This document shows, one piece after another, positions 1 to 9,385 of a stretch of 64,000 bases of DNA (positions within the stretch are counted from its first letter, which is position 1; every line of letters starts with the position of its first letter). The position numbers were made by a program, and so were the translations under genes. Under the pieces are notes generated by a model. The model saw only the letters and a program-made list of their open reading frames with translations. It ran no database searches and had not been told where the DNA came from. This stretch comes from Planctomycetota bacterium (GTDB taxonomy: Bacteria; Planctomycetota; Planctomycetia; Pirellulales; UBA1268): contig JANNSZ010000075.1 in assembly GCA_031403195.1 (NCBI GenBank), forward strand, positions 2,791 through 66,790, read 5' to 3'.

Positions 1-939
1 CAGTCGCTTGTGCAGGAAGGGTTTCTGGTTGATGGTCGGCTTCCGTTTATCTGGCAGTTTGTGGCGGTGATGACCATGACCGCCGGAACCGTCTTTCTGA
101 TGTGGCTAGGCGAGCAGATCGACGAGTTTGGGATCGGCAATGGCATCAGCCTCCTCATCATGGCTGGCATCTTGGCGGGCATGCCAGGCGCTCTTCTCGA
201 GCTCGCCGGGGCGACCTCGTGGGAGGTCGGTGGTGGCGCGGGCACAGGCAAGCTCGGCGTCGAAATGATTCCGGTCTTGGTGGCCCTCTTCGTGGGTGTC
301 GTGGCTGGGGTCGTCTTCATGACCCAGGGGCAGCGACGGATCCCAACGCAAAGCGCGAAGCATGTTCGCGGGCGTCGCGTCTATGGTGGCACTCGGCAGT
401 ACCTGCCGCTCCGGGTCAATCAGGCTGGCGTGATGCCGATTATCTTTGCCAGCTCGCTGCTGCTGTTTCCGCAGTTTCTGTTTCAGTACCTCGCCCGAGC
501 CTTTCCGCAAAGCGGGGTTCTTCAAGGGCTCTACGAATCGTTCACCCGTGGGGAGTCGTATCTCTACAACGTTCTCTACATCGCGCTCATCTACTTCTTC
601 TGCTATTTCTGGACTGCCATCACGTTTAATCCAAAGGAGATGGCCGACAATCTGAAAAACTTCGGGGCGTTTATTCCCGGGTATCGGCCAGGCAAACGGA
701 CCGCCGACTACCTCGAGCGGGTCATGGAGCGGATCACCTATGTGGGCGCCGGATTCCTGGCGCTCGTGGCGGTCATCCCGACCATCGCCGGCGGGTTCCT
801 CAACATCCCCTATCAGGCGGCCAGCTTCTACGGCGGAACCGGCCTCTTGATTGCCGTGAGCGTGGTGTTTGACCTGGTGCAGAAGATCGATAGCCACCTC
901 GTCATGCGCAACTACAGCGGCCTGCTGGAGCGGAACTGA
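1..939 (+). CDS. secY: Preprotein translocase subunit SecY (C-terminal ~310 aa; 5' end upstream of window)
   Basis: The frame is open from base 1 to TGA at 937-939. SecY-like motifs are present (LGEQIDEFGIGNGISLLI, LPLRVNQAGVMPIIFASS, FGAFIPGYRPGKRTADYL). The gene sits in the canonical secY-adk-map order. Confidence 0.93.
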   Translation, partial: QSLVQEGFLVDGRLPFIWQFVAVMTMTAGTVFLMWLGEQIDEFGIGNGISLLIMAGILAGMPGALLELAGATSWEVGGGAGTGKLGVEMIPVLVALFVGVVAGVVFMTQGQRRIPTQSAKHVRGRRVYGGTRQYLPLRVNQAGVMPIIFASSLLLFPQFLFQYLARAFPQSGVLQGLYESFTRGESYLYNVLYIALIYFFCYFWTAITFNPKEMADNLKNFGAFIPGYRPGKRTADYLERVMERITYVGAGFLALVAVIPTIAGGFLNIPYQAASFYGGTGLLIAVSVVFDLVQKIDSHLVMRNYSGLLERN

Positions 940-997
940 ACGGCCGCCGTCATTCCTCGTCCGGGCCCTCCTTTCCACCCAGCCATTGGCAACTGCC

Positions 998-1567
998 ATG
1001 CGGATCATCCTCATCGGGCCTCCCGGCGCCGGCAAGGGAACGCAGAGCCAGCGCCTTCTCGACCTGCTCAAGGTCCCGCACTTGTCGACAGGCGAAATGC
1101 TGAGGGCGGAGGCGCGGGCTGGCACACCTGCAGGGCTCGAGGCGGCCCAGGCCATGGCGCGAGGTCAACTCGTGCCGGACCCGATCATCGTGGCGATGGT
1201 CAGCCGCCGGCTGGCAGCCCCCGATTGCCGAAACGGGTGCCTTCTCGACGGGTTTCCGCGGACCTTGCCTCAGGCTGAAACCCTCGACGACATGCTCGAG
1301 AGGCGGGCCATGACCGTGGATGGAGTCATAGAGCTGGCGGTGCCCCGCGATGAGCTTGTGCGGCGGATGCTCGCCAGAAAGCGTGCCGACGACGACCCAG
1401 TCGTTTTTGCGGAACGGATTGCGAGTTTCGAGCGGCAGACGGCCCCGCTGCTCGACTACTACGGACGTCAGGGGAAGCTCGCCTCCATCAATGGCCTGGG
1501 AACTGCTGACGAAACCTTTGAGCGAGTCAAGGCTGCCGTTGAGCGGTTTCGTGGCCGTCGCCCGTGA
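998..1567 (+). CDS. adk: Adenylate kinase, short-LID type (189 aa)
   Basis: ATG at 998 gives MRIILIGPPGAGKGTQ (P-loop), followed by LSTGEMLR and LLDGFPRT. There is no Cys4/zinc LID insertion. The upstream part of ORF 869..1567 overlaps secY and was discarded. Confidence 0.9.
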   Translation: MRIILIGPPGAGKGTQSQRLLDLLKVPHLSTGEMLRAEARAGTPAGLEAAQAMARGQLVPDPIIVAMVSRRLAAPDCRNGCLLDGFPRTLPQAETLDDMLERRAMTVDGVIELAVPRDELVRRMLARKRADDDPVVFAERIASFERQTAPLLDYYGRQGKLASINGLGTADETFERVKAAVERFRGRRP

Positions 1568-1640
1568 TGCCAGGTGTCCCGCGCAGTCAGGCCGATATAC
1601 TGCGTTGTCGCTGTGATGCGTGCATTCCCGTTGAGGTAGT

Positions 1641-2456
1641 TTGTCTGTGGTCAATCTGAGATCCCCCCGGGAAATCGCCCTCATGCGGCGGGCTGGTCTG
1701 GTCGTGTGGGGCGCCCATCAGGTGGCGGCATCACTTGTCCGGCCGGGGGTCACAACGGGCGAGATCGACGCTGAGGTCGAGCGTTTTTTTCTTGCGAACG
1801 GCGCCGTGCCCCTCTTCAAAGGAGTGCCCGGAAAGGTGCCATTCCCAGCGGTCTGTTGCATTTCGGTGAACGAAGAGGTCGTGCATGGGATACCGGGCCC
1901 GCGGGTGCTCCAAGCCGGTGACGTCGTGAGTATCGACACTGGTTGCAGTGTCGGTGGCTGGTGCGGCGACTCGGCATTCACGCATCCTGTTGGCGAGATC
2001 ACTCCTGATGTCCAGAGGCTCCTCGAGTGCACTTCGGGAGTCTTGGCGCTCGCCATCGAGTTGATGGCCGTGCGGAATCGCTGGAGTGATGTCGCGTCGG
2101 AGATGGCCACCTTTGTGCGCGACTACGGCTTTTCCGTGGTGGAGAACTTCGTAGGCCACGGCATTGGCCGAAGTATGCACGAAGACCCTCAGGTGCCAAA
2201 CTTCTGCACGCCCGCCTTTCGCCGAAAACATGATTTCGAGCTGGAGCCTGGGCTCGTGATCGCGGTCGAGCCGATGGTGAACATGGGGTCCAAGAAGGTT
2301 CGGAGCCTCCCGGATCACTGGACGCAGTCCACCATCGACGGGATGCCGAGCGCCCATTTTGAGCACACGCTGGCCATGACGGACGGGGGGCCGGTCGTGC
2401 TCACGGCCCCACCGGCACAGGGCGAAGAAATTGGGGCCCCCGACGCGGCTATCTGA
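1641..2456 (+). CDS. map: Type I methionine aminopeptidase
   Basis: TTG start. Metal-ligand context typical of MetAP is present (VVSIDTG, FVGHGIG, VIAVEPM, HFEHT). The gene follows adk. Confidence 0.9.
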   Translation: MSVVNLRSPREIALMRRAGLVVWGAHQVAASLVRPGVTTGEIDAEVERFFLANGAVPLFKGVPGKVPFPAVCCISVNEEVVHGIPGPRVLQAGDVVSIDTGCSVGGWCGDSAFTHPVGEITPDVQRLLECTSGVLALAIELMAVRNRWSDVASEMATFVRDYGFSVVENFVGHGIGRSMHEDPQVPNFCTPAFRRKHDFELEPGLVIAVEPMVNMGSKKVRSLPDHWTQSTIDGMPSAHFEHTLAMTDGGPVVLTAPPAQGEEIGAPDAAI

Positions 2457-2459
2457 CAG

Positions 2460-2485
2460 AATCCGCTTCAAGACGGATTTCTTGG
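2460..2485 (+). terminator. Weak hairpin plus T-rich tail just after map
   Basis: AATCCG-cttcaaga-CGGATT followed by TCTTGG. The stem is only 6 bp, so this could be an attenuator or nothing. Confidence 0.2.
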
Positions 2486-2588
2486 CACCCCCTTGCGAAC
2501 GGCCCCCCCGTGGGCCTATTATCTGGGACTCGCTTCGAATTGCCCGTTTCGGTTTCCGGAGTGGCCGGTATCGGCCCTGCTGACTGCC

Positions 2589-2702
2589 ATGAAAGTTCGC
2601 GCCAGCGTCCGTCGCATCTGTGACAAGTGCAAGATCGTTCGGCGCCGTGGCGTGGTATTCGTGGTCTGCTCCGATCCCCGCCACAAGCAGCGGCAGGGAT
2701 GA
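2589..2702 (+). CDS. rpmJ: 50S ribosomal protein L36
   Basis: The 37-aa product is [37 protein letters not shown], with a C-x2-C...C-x5-H zinc ribbon. The ATG at 2589 lies inside the longer ORF 2493..2702. Confidence 0.92.
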   Translation: MKVRASVRRICDKCKIVRRRGVVFVVCSDPRHKQRQG

Positions 2703-2760
2703 GGAACCTGATCATTGCACGGGGACGATTTGGGGCAGACGCCTCGCTGAGGACTACGCT

Positions 2761-3144
2761 ATGCCACGTTTGATGGGTGTTGACATCCCTTCCGAGAAGA
2801 AGACCGTCTTCTCGCTCCAATACATATATGGTGTCGGGGCTCGGGTGGCCCGCGAGTTGTGCCACAAGGCGGGCGTTGATCCGTTGTCGCAGGCCCGCGA
2901 CCTTCATGAGGACGAACTGGCCCGGCTGGCCTCGCTCCTCGACAAAGACTATGTCGTCGAGGGGCAGTTGCGTCGTCAGGTAGCGCAGAACGTCTCGCGT
3001 CTCAAGGACATTGCCAGTTACCGCGGGCTCCGGCATCGCAGGGGTCTTCCGGTGCGCGGTCAGCGCACCCGGACCAACGCACGAACTCGCAAGGGGCCGA
3101 AGAAGACGGTGGCAGGCAAGAAGGGCGTCAAGGATCTCAAGTAA
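2761..3144 (+). CDS. rpsM: 30S ribosomal protein S13
   Basis: MPRLMGVDIPSEKK...YRGLRHRRGLPVRGQRTRTNARTRKG. ATG at 2761. Confidence 0.95.
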   Translation: MPRLMGVDIPSEKKTVFSLQYIYGVGARVARELCHKAGVDPLSQARDLHEDELARLASLLDKDYVVEGQLRRQVAQNVSRLKDIASYRGLRHRRGLPVRGQRTRTNARTRKGPKKTVAGKKGVKDLK

Positions 3145-3209
3145 CAATTGAGAGGCGATCGCTCGGCGTCCTTTGAGGGGTGAGTTGATCGAAACAAGCA
3201 GGATTCAGG

Positions 3210-3587
3210 ATGTCGAAGGCAGCAAAGACCAAAAAGAAAAGCGTGACGTCGGGCATTGCCTATGTCGTCGCCAGCTTCAACAACACGACGGTTACGATTA
3301 CCGATGCTCGCGGCGACACGCTCTGCTGGGCCAGCGGAGGTACGTGTGGGTTTAAGGGCAGTCGCAAGGGCACGCCCTTTGCGGGCCAGATGGCTGCCCA
3401 GCAGGCTGCCGAGAAGGCTGCGAAGTTTGGCGTGAAGGACCTCGAAGTGCGAGTGAAGGGGCCTGGGAGTGGTCGCGAGAGTGCCATTACGGCGCTCCAG
3501 GCTGCCGGCATGAATGTCCGAAGCATCGAAGACATTACGCCTCTGCCGCACAACGGCTGTCGCCCTCCCAAGAAGCGTCGCGTCTGA
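3210..3587 (+). CDS. rpsK: 30S ribosomal protein S11
   Basis: [30 protein letters not shown]...[13 protein letters not shown]...[18 protein letters not shown]. Confidence 0.95.
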   Translation: MSKAAKTKKKSVTSGIAYVVASFNNTTVTITDARGDTLCWASGGTCGFKGSRKGTPFAGQMAAQQAAEKAAKFGVKDLEVRVKGPGSGRESAITALQAAGMNVRSIEDITPLPHNGCRPPKKRRV

Positions 3588-3625
3588 CCCTGTTCCACCT
3601 TCCCCTCCACGATTATTAGCCTGCC

Positions 3626-4252
3626 ATGGGACGTATCACTGGACCTGTTTGCCGACTCTGTCGCCGTGATGGACTCAAGCTCTTTCTAAAGGGGAGCCGC
3701 TGCGACACGCCGAAGTGTGCCTTTGAGCGGCGGCCAACACCTCCGGGCGTGATCCAGAAGCGTCGCCCAAAGCCAACCGACTATGGGCTCCGGCTCCGCG
3801 AGAAGCAGAAGGTCAAGCACTATTACGGCGTGCTCGAGCGGCAGTTCCGCACCTATTTTGCCCGGGCTGTGCGCGGGAAAGGCAATACCGGCGAATCGCT
3901 GATGGCGATGCTTGAGCGGCGGCTCGACAATGTCGTCCATCGGCTTGGTTTTGCTGCGTCGCGTGCAGCCGCGAGGCAGCTCGTGATGCATGGCCACATC
4001 ACCATCAACGGCCGTCGGCTCGACATTCCGAGCTACCTTGTGAGGGCCGGTGATCTCGTGCGGGTCAAGAATCGGGCGACGTCCCTGCAACTCGTCCACA
4101 GGTCGCTCTCGGAGTTTCGTCGCGACGTCCCTGATTTTCTGTCGCGGCTTGAGGCTTCTATTCCGGAAGCGCGAGTTGATCGCCTGCCCGGGGCTGATGA
4201 CGTTTCGCTGCCGGTACAGGCCAATCTGATCATCGAGTTGTGTTCCAAGTGA
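3626..4252 (+). CDS. rpsD: 30S ribosomal protein S4
   Basis: [24 protein letters not shown]...[23 protein letters not shown], with a C-terminal S4 RNA-binding domain. Confidence 0.95.
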   Translation: MGRITGPVCRLCRRDGLKLFLKGSRCDTPKCAFERRPTPPGVIQKRRPKPTDYGLRLREKQKVKHYYGVLERQFRTYFARAVRGKGNTGESLMAMLERRLDNVVHRLGFAASRAAARQLVMHGHITINGRRLDIPSYLVRAGDLVRVKNRATSLQLVHRSLSEFRRDVPDFLSRLEASIPEARVDRLPGADDVSLPVQANLIIELCSK

Positions 4253-4271
4253 TTTTCCGAAGGAGCATTCA

Positions 4272-5261
4272 ATGCACATTCGCTGGCGCGGTTTAGAGCT
4301 GCCTAGTTCCGTCGTTGCCGATTCGGGCACGCTGAACGGGACGTACGGTAAGTTCACCGCCGAACCATTTGAGCGGGGCTTTGGCACCACGGTGGGCAAT
4401 AGTCTGCGTCGCGTGCTGCTCTCGAGCCTCGAGGGGAGCGCGGTAACGCAGATCAAGCTCGCCGGGGCGCTTCATGAATTCACGACGGTGAAAGGCGTTC
4501 TTGAAGACGTCACTGACATTGTTCTCGCCGTGAAAAGCATCATCGTCAAGAATCACAGCGAGTCCACTCGCGTGATCCGCGTGGAGAAAAGTACGCGAGG
4601 TCCAGTGACGGCAGGCGACATTCAGACCGATGATGCCGTCGAAATCATGAACAAGGATCTCGTGATCGCGACGCTCACGGATGACGTGCCGTTCGAGCTC
4701 GAAATGGTGGTCGAGAATGGCCGTGGCTACGTTCCAGCCAGTGAGCACAGTCAGGCCTCCCAGGAAATCGGAATCATCCCGCTTGACGCCGTCTTTAGTC
4801 CCGTGACGCGGGTGAAGTACGAGGTCGAGGAGACCCGCGTCGGTCAGAAAACCAACTACGACAAGCTCACACTCGAAATTTGGACCGACGGTACCGTGAC
4901 GCCGGAGATGGCGCTCGTCGAGGCAGCGAAGATTCTTCGGAAGCATCTCAACCCGTTCGTCGGCTACACCAGGTCCGATCGGGAGGTCGCGCTGCCCGCG
5001 ATGGCCGATGTCTTTGCCGTTGAGGCGCCGCTCGAGAGTCGTCTGGGAATGCTCGTTGAGGACCTGCGTCTCTTGGGGCGAGCATCCAATTGCCTCCATG
5101 AGGAGGGAATCAAAACGGTTCGGGATCTCGTGTCGCGAACCCGCGAGGATGTGCTTGCCATGCGAAATGCGGGCGAGACGACCGCGGACGAGATCGAGGA
5201 GAAGCTCAAGGAACTGGGGCTTCGGCTGGGCATGGATGTGCCCGCCGCTGCCGAGGCCTAA
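4272..5261 (+). CDS. rpoA: DNA-directed RNA polymerase alpha subunit
   Basis: N-terminal domain motif ([31 protein letters not shown]) and C-terminal alpha-CTD ([19 protein letters not shown]). Canonical position after rpsD. Confidence 0.95.
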   Translation: MHIRWRGLELPSSVVADSGTLNGTYGKFTAEPFERGFGTTVGNSLRRVLLSSLEGSAVTQIKLAGALHEFTTVKGVLEDVTDIVLAVKSIIVKNHSESTRVIRVEKSTRGPVTAGDIQTDDAVEIMNKDLVIATLTDDVPFELEMVVENGRGYVPASEHSQASQEIGIIPLDAVFSPVTRVKYEVEETRVGQKTNYDKLTLEIWTDGTVTPEMALVEAAKILRKHLNPFVGYTRSDREVALPAMADVFAVEAPLESRLGMLVEDLRLLGRASNCLHEEGIKTVRDLVSRTREDVLAMRNAGETTADEIEEKLKELGLRLGMDVPAAAEA

Positions 5262-5312
5262 TGTCTGTCGGAGCGTCGCTGCACGCGGGGCTCCACCTGT
5301 CGAGGAACAATC

Positions 5313-5882
5313 ATGCGTCACCGTCGCAAGGGCCGGGTACTCGGCCGAAGTCCATCCCACCAGCGGGCGCTGCTGCGCAATCTGGCGTCTGCCCTTATGC
5401 TCACCGAGCAGGAGGTCGAGGCTGGCGAGCCGGGTGCAGCCAAGGTCAAGGGGCGAATCATCACGACCCTACCCAAGGCGAAGGAGGTACGGCCTCTCGT
5501 GGAGCGATGTGTCACGATCGCCCGCCGTGGCCTGGCAGCCGCATCCACTGCTCAGGCCCACGCGACCTCGGCCGAGCGCGGATCGGTCGCTTGGAAGGAG
5601 TGGCGGAATGGTCTGCAGTGGCGAGCCTGGGCACAGGCGATGGCACCGGCCGTGAAGGCCAGGCGGCGCGTCATTCAGCTTCTCGGCGACAAGCGGGCCG
5701 CGAGCATCGTATTTGAAGTAATTGCCCCCCGCTTCACCAATCGACCTGGTGGATATACCCGAATTCTCAAGCTCGCCAAACCGCGGCTTGGCGATGCCGG
5801 CGACCGGGCCATTTTGGAGTTTGTGGCTGCGGAATCTGCCGCCCGCCCGGCGTCGCCAAGGCTCGAGAAGGCCCGCGGCTGA
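5313..5882 (+). CDS. rplQ: 50S ribosomal protein L17 (long form, 189 aa, with internal insertions)
   Basis: MRHRRKGRVLGRSPSHQRALLRNLA...TTLPKAKEVRPLVE...RPGGYTRILKL. Extra segments relative to the ~120-aa textbook L17. Confidence 0.9.
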   Translation: MRHRRKGRVLGRSPSHQRALLRNLASALMLTEQEVEAGEPGAAKVKGRIITTLPKAKEVRPLVERCVTIARRGLAAASTAQAHATSAERGSVAWKEWRNGLQWRAWAQAMAPAVKARRRVIQLLGDKRAASIVFEVIAPRFTNRPGGYTRILKLAKPRLGDAGDRAILEFVAAESAARPASPRLEKARG

Positions 5883-5905
5883 GTGGACGCCAGGCGGCTG
5901 CACTC

Positions 5906-6022
5906 CATGGCGGGCTCTGGCGGGCTCTGGCGGGCTCTGGCGGGCTCATGGCGGGCTCATGGCGGGCTCATGGCGGGCTCATGGCGGGCTCATGGCGGGC
6001 TCATGGCGGGCTCATGGCGGGA
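5906..6022. repeat. Perfect tandem repeat array, 10/11-bp units (CATGGCGGGCT / CTGGCGGGCT)
   Basis: Read directly from the sequence. There is one CATGGCGGGCT (5906-5916), then three CTGGCGGGCT (5917-5946), then six CATGGCGGGCT (5947-6012), then a truncated CATGGCGGGA (6013-6022). The array is intergenic between rplQ and the next CDS. Confidence 0.95.
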
Positions 6023-6100
6023 ATAGGTAGTTCCTTGCCGTCCGAATAGAATCCGTAGACCGGGCGAGTCCGTCCGGCCACCTTCGTTCGGGAGCGAGTC

Positions 6101-7840
6101 ATGCGTCTGAGCTTCCCCGCTCGCCTCCTGTGGCCCGTTGCCAGCACCGTTCCTGGCGTGGCCGCAGGCGTTGTCTTCGCGTTGGCTGTATCGGCCTCGG
6201 CAGCCCCGGCCGACAAGCCAGAGGTTGTTGAGCACTACGGGATACCTCAGGTCAAGTTCATCAACGACCACGTGGCTGCGGTCTGGGCTGATGCTGGACT
6301 TCAGCCGTCGCCTCCAGCGACCGACGGAGAGTGGTGTCGCCGGGTGTATCTCGATCTCGTGGGCCGTGTGCCGACCGTGAAGGAGCTCGAGGCGTTCAGT
6401 TCCAACTCGTTGCCGACCAAGAAGGCCGACCTCGTTGCCCGGTTGCTGGGGGACGAGTATGGAGATGAGTATGCCCGCCATTTCACGGATGTCTGGACGA
6501 CAATCCTCATTGGGCGTGACGTTGAAAACGAGCGGATCAGCCGCCCGGGCATGCGGCAATATCTCCGGCGGGCGTTCTCCAAGAATCTTCCCTACGACCG
6601 CTTCATGGACGAGCTGGTAACAGCAACCGGCGTGAACGCCAATCGACAGGACCTCGCGGGGTTCAACGGGGCCGTCAACTTCCTCAGCGGGAAGATGGAG
6701 GAGATGGGCGTCGAAAACGGCGTGCAGGCCACCGCCAAGACGGCCCAGGTGTTTCTCGGCCTTCAGGTGCAGTGCACCCAGTGTCACAACCACCCATTCA
6801 ACAAGGGCAAGCAGAATCAGTTCTGGGAGCTCAACGCATTCTTTCGACAGACCCGTGCCCTCCGAAAGCGGGATGGTACGCAGGACGTTCGGTGGGTCGA
6901 ACTCGTCAACGAGGATTTTGCCGGCGAAGGTGGCAATCCGGAGGAGGCCGAACTTTTCTACGAGCTTCGAAATGGCATCATGAAGGTGGCCTATCCGGTC
7001 TTCGTCGATGGAACCGAGATCTCGAAAACAGGATATCTCCCTGGCACGATGGCCGATGGCACTCCCTATGGTGCCAACCGTCGGCGGGAACTCGCCCAGC
7101 TCATTAAGGGGAGTCCGTACTTCACGAAGGCGATCGTGAATCGAATGTGGGGGCACTTCCTGGGCTACGGTTTCACCAAGCCTGTCGATGACCTCGGTGA
7201 CCACAACCCGCCGTCGCACCCGGAGCTCCTCGATGGGCTCGCCGAGCGGTTTCGCGAACACAGCTTCGATCTCAAGGAACTCGCTCGCTGGATCGTACTC
7301 TCGCGTCCGTACGCACTCGCGAGCCGCATGACATCGGCCAACAAGGCGGACGACCCATCCTTGGGTGAGCGACCCAAGTTCACCCATTTTTACGTTCGTC
7401 AAATGCAGGCTGAGCAGCTGTATGAGTCCCTGCTGACGGCGACGCAGGCTGACCAGACGAGTCAGGCCGAGGATGCCGCGAAGAAGAAGGACGAGTGGCT
7501 CGCGCAGTTCGTCATCGCCTTCGGCACCGACGAGGGAGACGATTCGACCACGTTCAACGGGTCGATTCCTCAGGCACTCATGATGTTTAATGGCGACTTG
7601 ATCAAGCAGGCCACGAGCACGGGCAAGGGAGGGTTTCTCGATCAGGTGGCCACGAGCTCGCTGTCGCCGGCACAGAAGATCGACGTCCTCTATAAGTCCG
7701 CCCTGGCCCGAGTGCCGTCGGCGAAAGAGCGGCAGGTTGCGACGGCGTTGCTGGGAGCCAGGAAGGGCGATGTGGCTGCCGCTCTTCAGGACGTGTGGTG
7801 GGCCGTTTTGAACTCGAATGAATTCATCATTAACCACTGA
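6101..7840 (+). CDS. Secreted DUF1549/DUF1553-type protein (planctomycete family, function unknown)
   Basis: Signal peptide (MRLSFPARLLWPV...ASAAPA). DUF1549-like block (CRRVYLDLVGRVPTVKELEAF...LLGDEYGDEYARHFTDVW, LGLQVQCTQCHNHPF). DUF1553-like block (VNRMWGHFLGYGFTKPVDDLGDHNPPSHPELLDGLA, C-terminal WWAVLNSNEFIINH). Confidence 0.8.
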   Translation: MRLSFPARLLWPVASTVPGVAAGVVFALAVSASAAPADKPEVVEHYGIPQVKFINDHVAAVWADAGLQPSPPATDGEWCRRVYLDLVGRVPTVKELEAFSSNSLPTKKADLVARLLGDEYGDEYARHFTDVWTTILIGRDVENERISRPGMRQYLRRAFSKNLPYDRFMDELVTATGVNANRQDLAGFNGAVNFLSGKMEEMGVENGVQATAKTAQVFLGLQVQCTQCHNHPFNKGKQNQFWELNAFFRQTRALRKRDGTQDVRWVELVNEDFAGEGGNPEEAELFYELRNGIMKVAYPVFVDGTEISKTGYLPGTMADGTPYGANRRRELAQLIKGSPYFTKAIVNRMWGHFLGYGFTKPVDDLGDHNPPSHPELLDGLAERFREHSFDLKELARWIVLSRPYALASRMTSANKADDPSLGERPKFTHFYVRQMQAEQLYESLLTATQADQTSQAEDAAKKKDEWLAQFVIAFGTDEGDDSTTFNGSIPQALMMFNGDLIKQATSTGKGGFLDQVATSSLSPAQKIDVLYKSALARVPSAKERQVATALLGARKGDVAAALQDVWWAVLNSNEFIINH

Positions 7841-7846
7841 TGTCAC

Positions 7847-7877
7847 GGCCTCGCGGCCATCCCTGGCCCGCGAAGCC
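7847..7877 (+). terminator. GC-rich hairpin 7 nt after the DUF1549/1553 stop
   Basis: GGCCTCGCGGCCA-tccc-TGGCCCGCGAAGCC, about 13 bp with one mismatch and one bulge. There is no U-tract. The tip GCCATCCCTGGC is identical to the tip of hairpin B in the repeat element at 42124-42261. Confidence 0.3.
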
Positions 7878-8012
7878 TTGACCGGCCTCCGCCGGGGCGG
7901 GGCCGCATGGCAAGCGAGACGGGAATAAGGGATACTTGAGCGGTCGAATACTTGCTTGAGCCGGTGGCACCGAGTCCCGATCTCTTTCCACACGCCGCGT
8001 AGGAGTACCGCC

Positions 8013-9308
8013 ATGTCGACCAGTTCTCGCGTTTCCAGCCTGCTCGACATCCCCGCTGGGATGAGCCGCCGGCATTTCATGAGCCATCTCGCTGGGGCGG
8101 CTGCCCTGGCGGCACCTGCCACGGCCTTCACCAACACGATCCTGGCCAACGCCACCGACATGCGGAAGCGGCACAAGGCCGCCATCCTCCTCTGGATGGG
8201 AGGTGGCCCCAGCACCATCGACATGTGGGACTTGAAACCGGGCCAGCCGACCGGTGGGCCCTTCAAGCCGATCGCGACGAGCGCTGACGGCGTCCAGATC
8301 TGCGAACACCTTCCCTTGATGGCGAAGCAGATGCACCAGATGGCGATCGTCCGTTCGATGAGCACCCGCGAAGCCGATCACATGCGGGGTCGCTACTACA
8401 TGCACACCGGCTATGTCCCCAATCCGAATGTGGAACACCCAAGCTACGGTTCGGTCATTGCCCACGAGCTCATCGATCAGGTTCCCCATCTCGAGATTCC
8501 ACCCTTTGTGTCAGTAGGTGGCAGCAGCGTTGGTCCCGGCTTTCTCGGAATGACCTGGTCTCCGTTTGTGGTCGACTCCAACGGAAACGTTCGCAACCTC
8601 GATATGGGCATCGACCAGGCGAGGCTTTCGCAGCGGCTCGAGATGCTCGCCACGATCGAGAAGAAGTTTATTGGTGAGAGCCGAGGTGGCGCCGCTGATG
8701 ACCACATGAAGGTGCTCGACAAGACCGTTAAGCTCATGACGAGTGAGCAAATGAAAGCCTTCCGGGTGATGCAGGAGCCGGAAGAAGTTCGAGAAAAGTA
8801 TGGCGCCACCGGTTTCGGCCGTGGCTGCCTCATGGCCCGGCGGCTCGTGGAGATGGGTGTGCCGTTCGTCGAAGTGGACCTCGGTGGATGGGACAACCAC
8901 TCCGGCATCTTCCCGACCCTTGCCGACAACAAGTTGCCGGAAGTCGACAAGGCCATGAGCGCGCTTATGAGCGACCTTTCCGAGCGGGGCATGCTCGACG
9001 ACACCGTGGTCATCTGGATGGGCGAGTTCAGCCGCACACCGAGCATCAATGGTGGCGCTGGCCGTGATCACTGGGCCCGGAGTTGGAGCACGGTCGTCGG
9101 TGGCGGTGGGTTCAAGCGAGGCGTTGTGGTGGGCGAGACAAGCTCGGATGGCCGTGAGGTGATCACCGAGCCTTACACCTCCGAGGACCTCATGGCCAGC
9201 GTGCTCAAGGCGCTGGGCATCAAGCTCGAGACGACGTTCACCGCCAAGAACGGACGGCCCATGAAGATCGCCAATTCGGGCAAGGTGATCAAGGAGCTAT
9301 TCGCCTGA
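8013..9308 (+). CDS. DUF1501 family protein (sulfatase-fold, Tat signal)
   Basis: ATG at 8013 preceded by AGGAG. Twin-arginine signal (SRRHFMSHLAGAAALAAPA). LWMGGGPSTIDMWDLKP and EFSRTP..N..GGRDHW are typical of DUF1501. It lies directly downstream of a DUF1549/1553 gene, the usual pairing. Confidence 0.8.
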   Translation: MSTSSRVSSLLDIPAGMSRRHFMSHLAGAAALAAPATAFTNTILANATDMRKRHKAAILLWMGGGPSTIDMWDLKPGQPTGGPFKPIATSADGVQICEHLPLMAKQMHQMAIVRSMSTREADHMRGRYYMHTGYVPNPNVEHPSYGSVIAHELIDQVPHLEIPPFVSVGGSSVGPGFLGMTWSPFVVDSNGNVRNLDMGIDQARLSQRLEMLATIEKKFIGESRGGAADDHMKVLDKTVKLMTSEQMKAFRVMQEPEEVREKYGATGFGRGCLMARRLVEMGVPFVEVDLGGWDNHSGIFPTLADNKLPEVDKAMSALMSDLSERGMLDDTVVIWMGEFSRTPSINGGAGRDHWARSWSTVVGGGGFKRGVVVGETSSDGREVITEPYTSEDLMASVLKALGIKLETTFTAKNGRPMKIANSGKVIKELFA

Positions 9309-9385
9309 CGCAGGCGGACGAGCGAGGACGCGGCGCGGCACGGGGGGGTGGTGTAACCGTTCTCCCAGGGACGGTCTGGCCGCTC

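Noticed and set aside
5906-6022. The tandem repeat as a CRISPR array or as a coding repeat (ORF 5722..6030 gives HGGLMAGSWRA repeats).
   Set aside because: The units are contiguous with no spacers, so it is not a CRISPR array. The 10/11-bp period is not divisible by three and mixes unit lengths, so no reading frame is preserved.
5990-8365. 791-aa minus-strand ORF, together with many other long ORFs such as 11223..12449(-), 12486..13781(-), 31446..33167(-), 39971..41320(-), 47054..48475(-), 58304..59587(+) and 59971..61089(+).
   Set aside because: Each lies antisense to, or out of frame with, a gene that has clear family motifs. Their translations are Arg/Pro/Gly/Ala-rich low-complexity strings with no motifs. 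This is the expected stop-codon-poor artefact of very GC-rich DNA.
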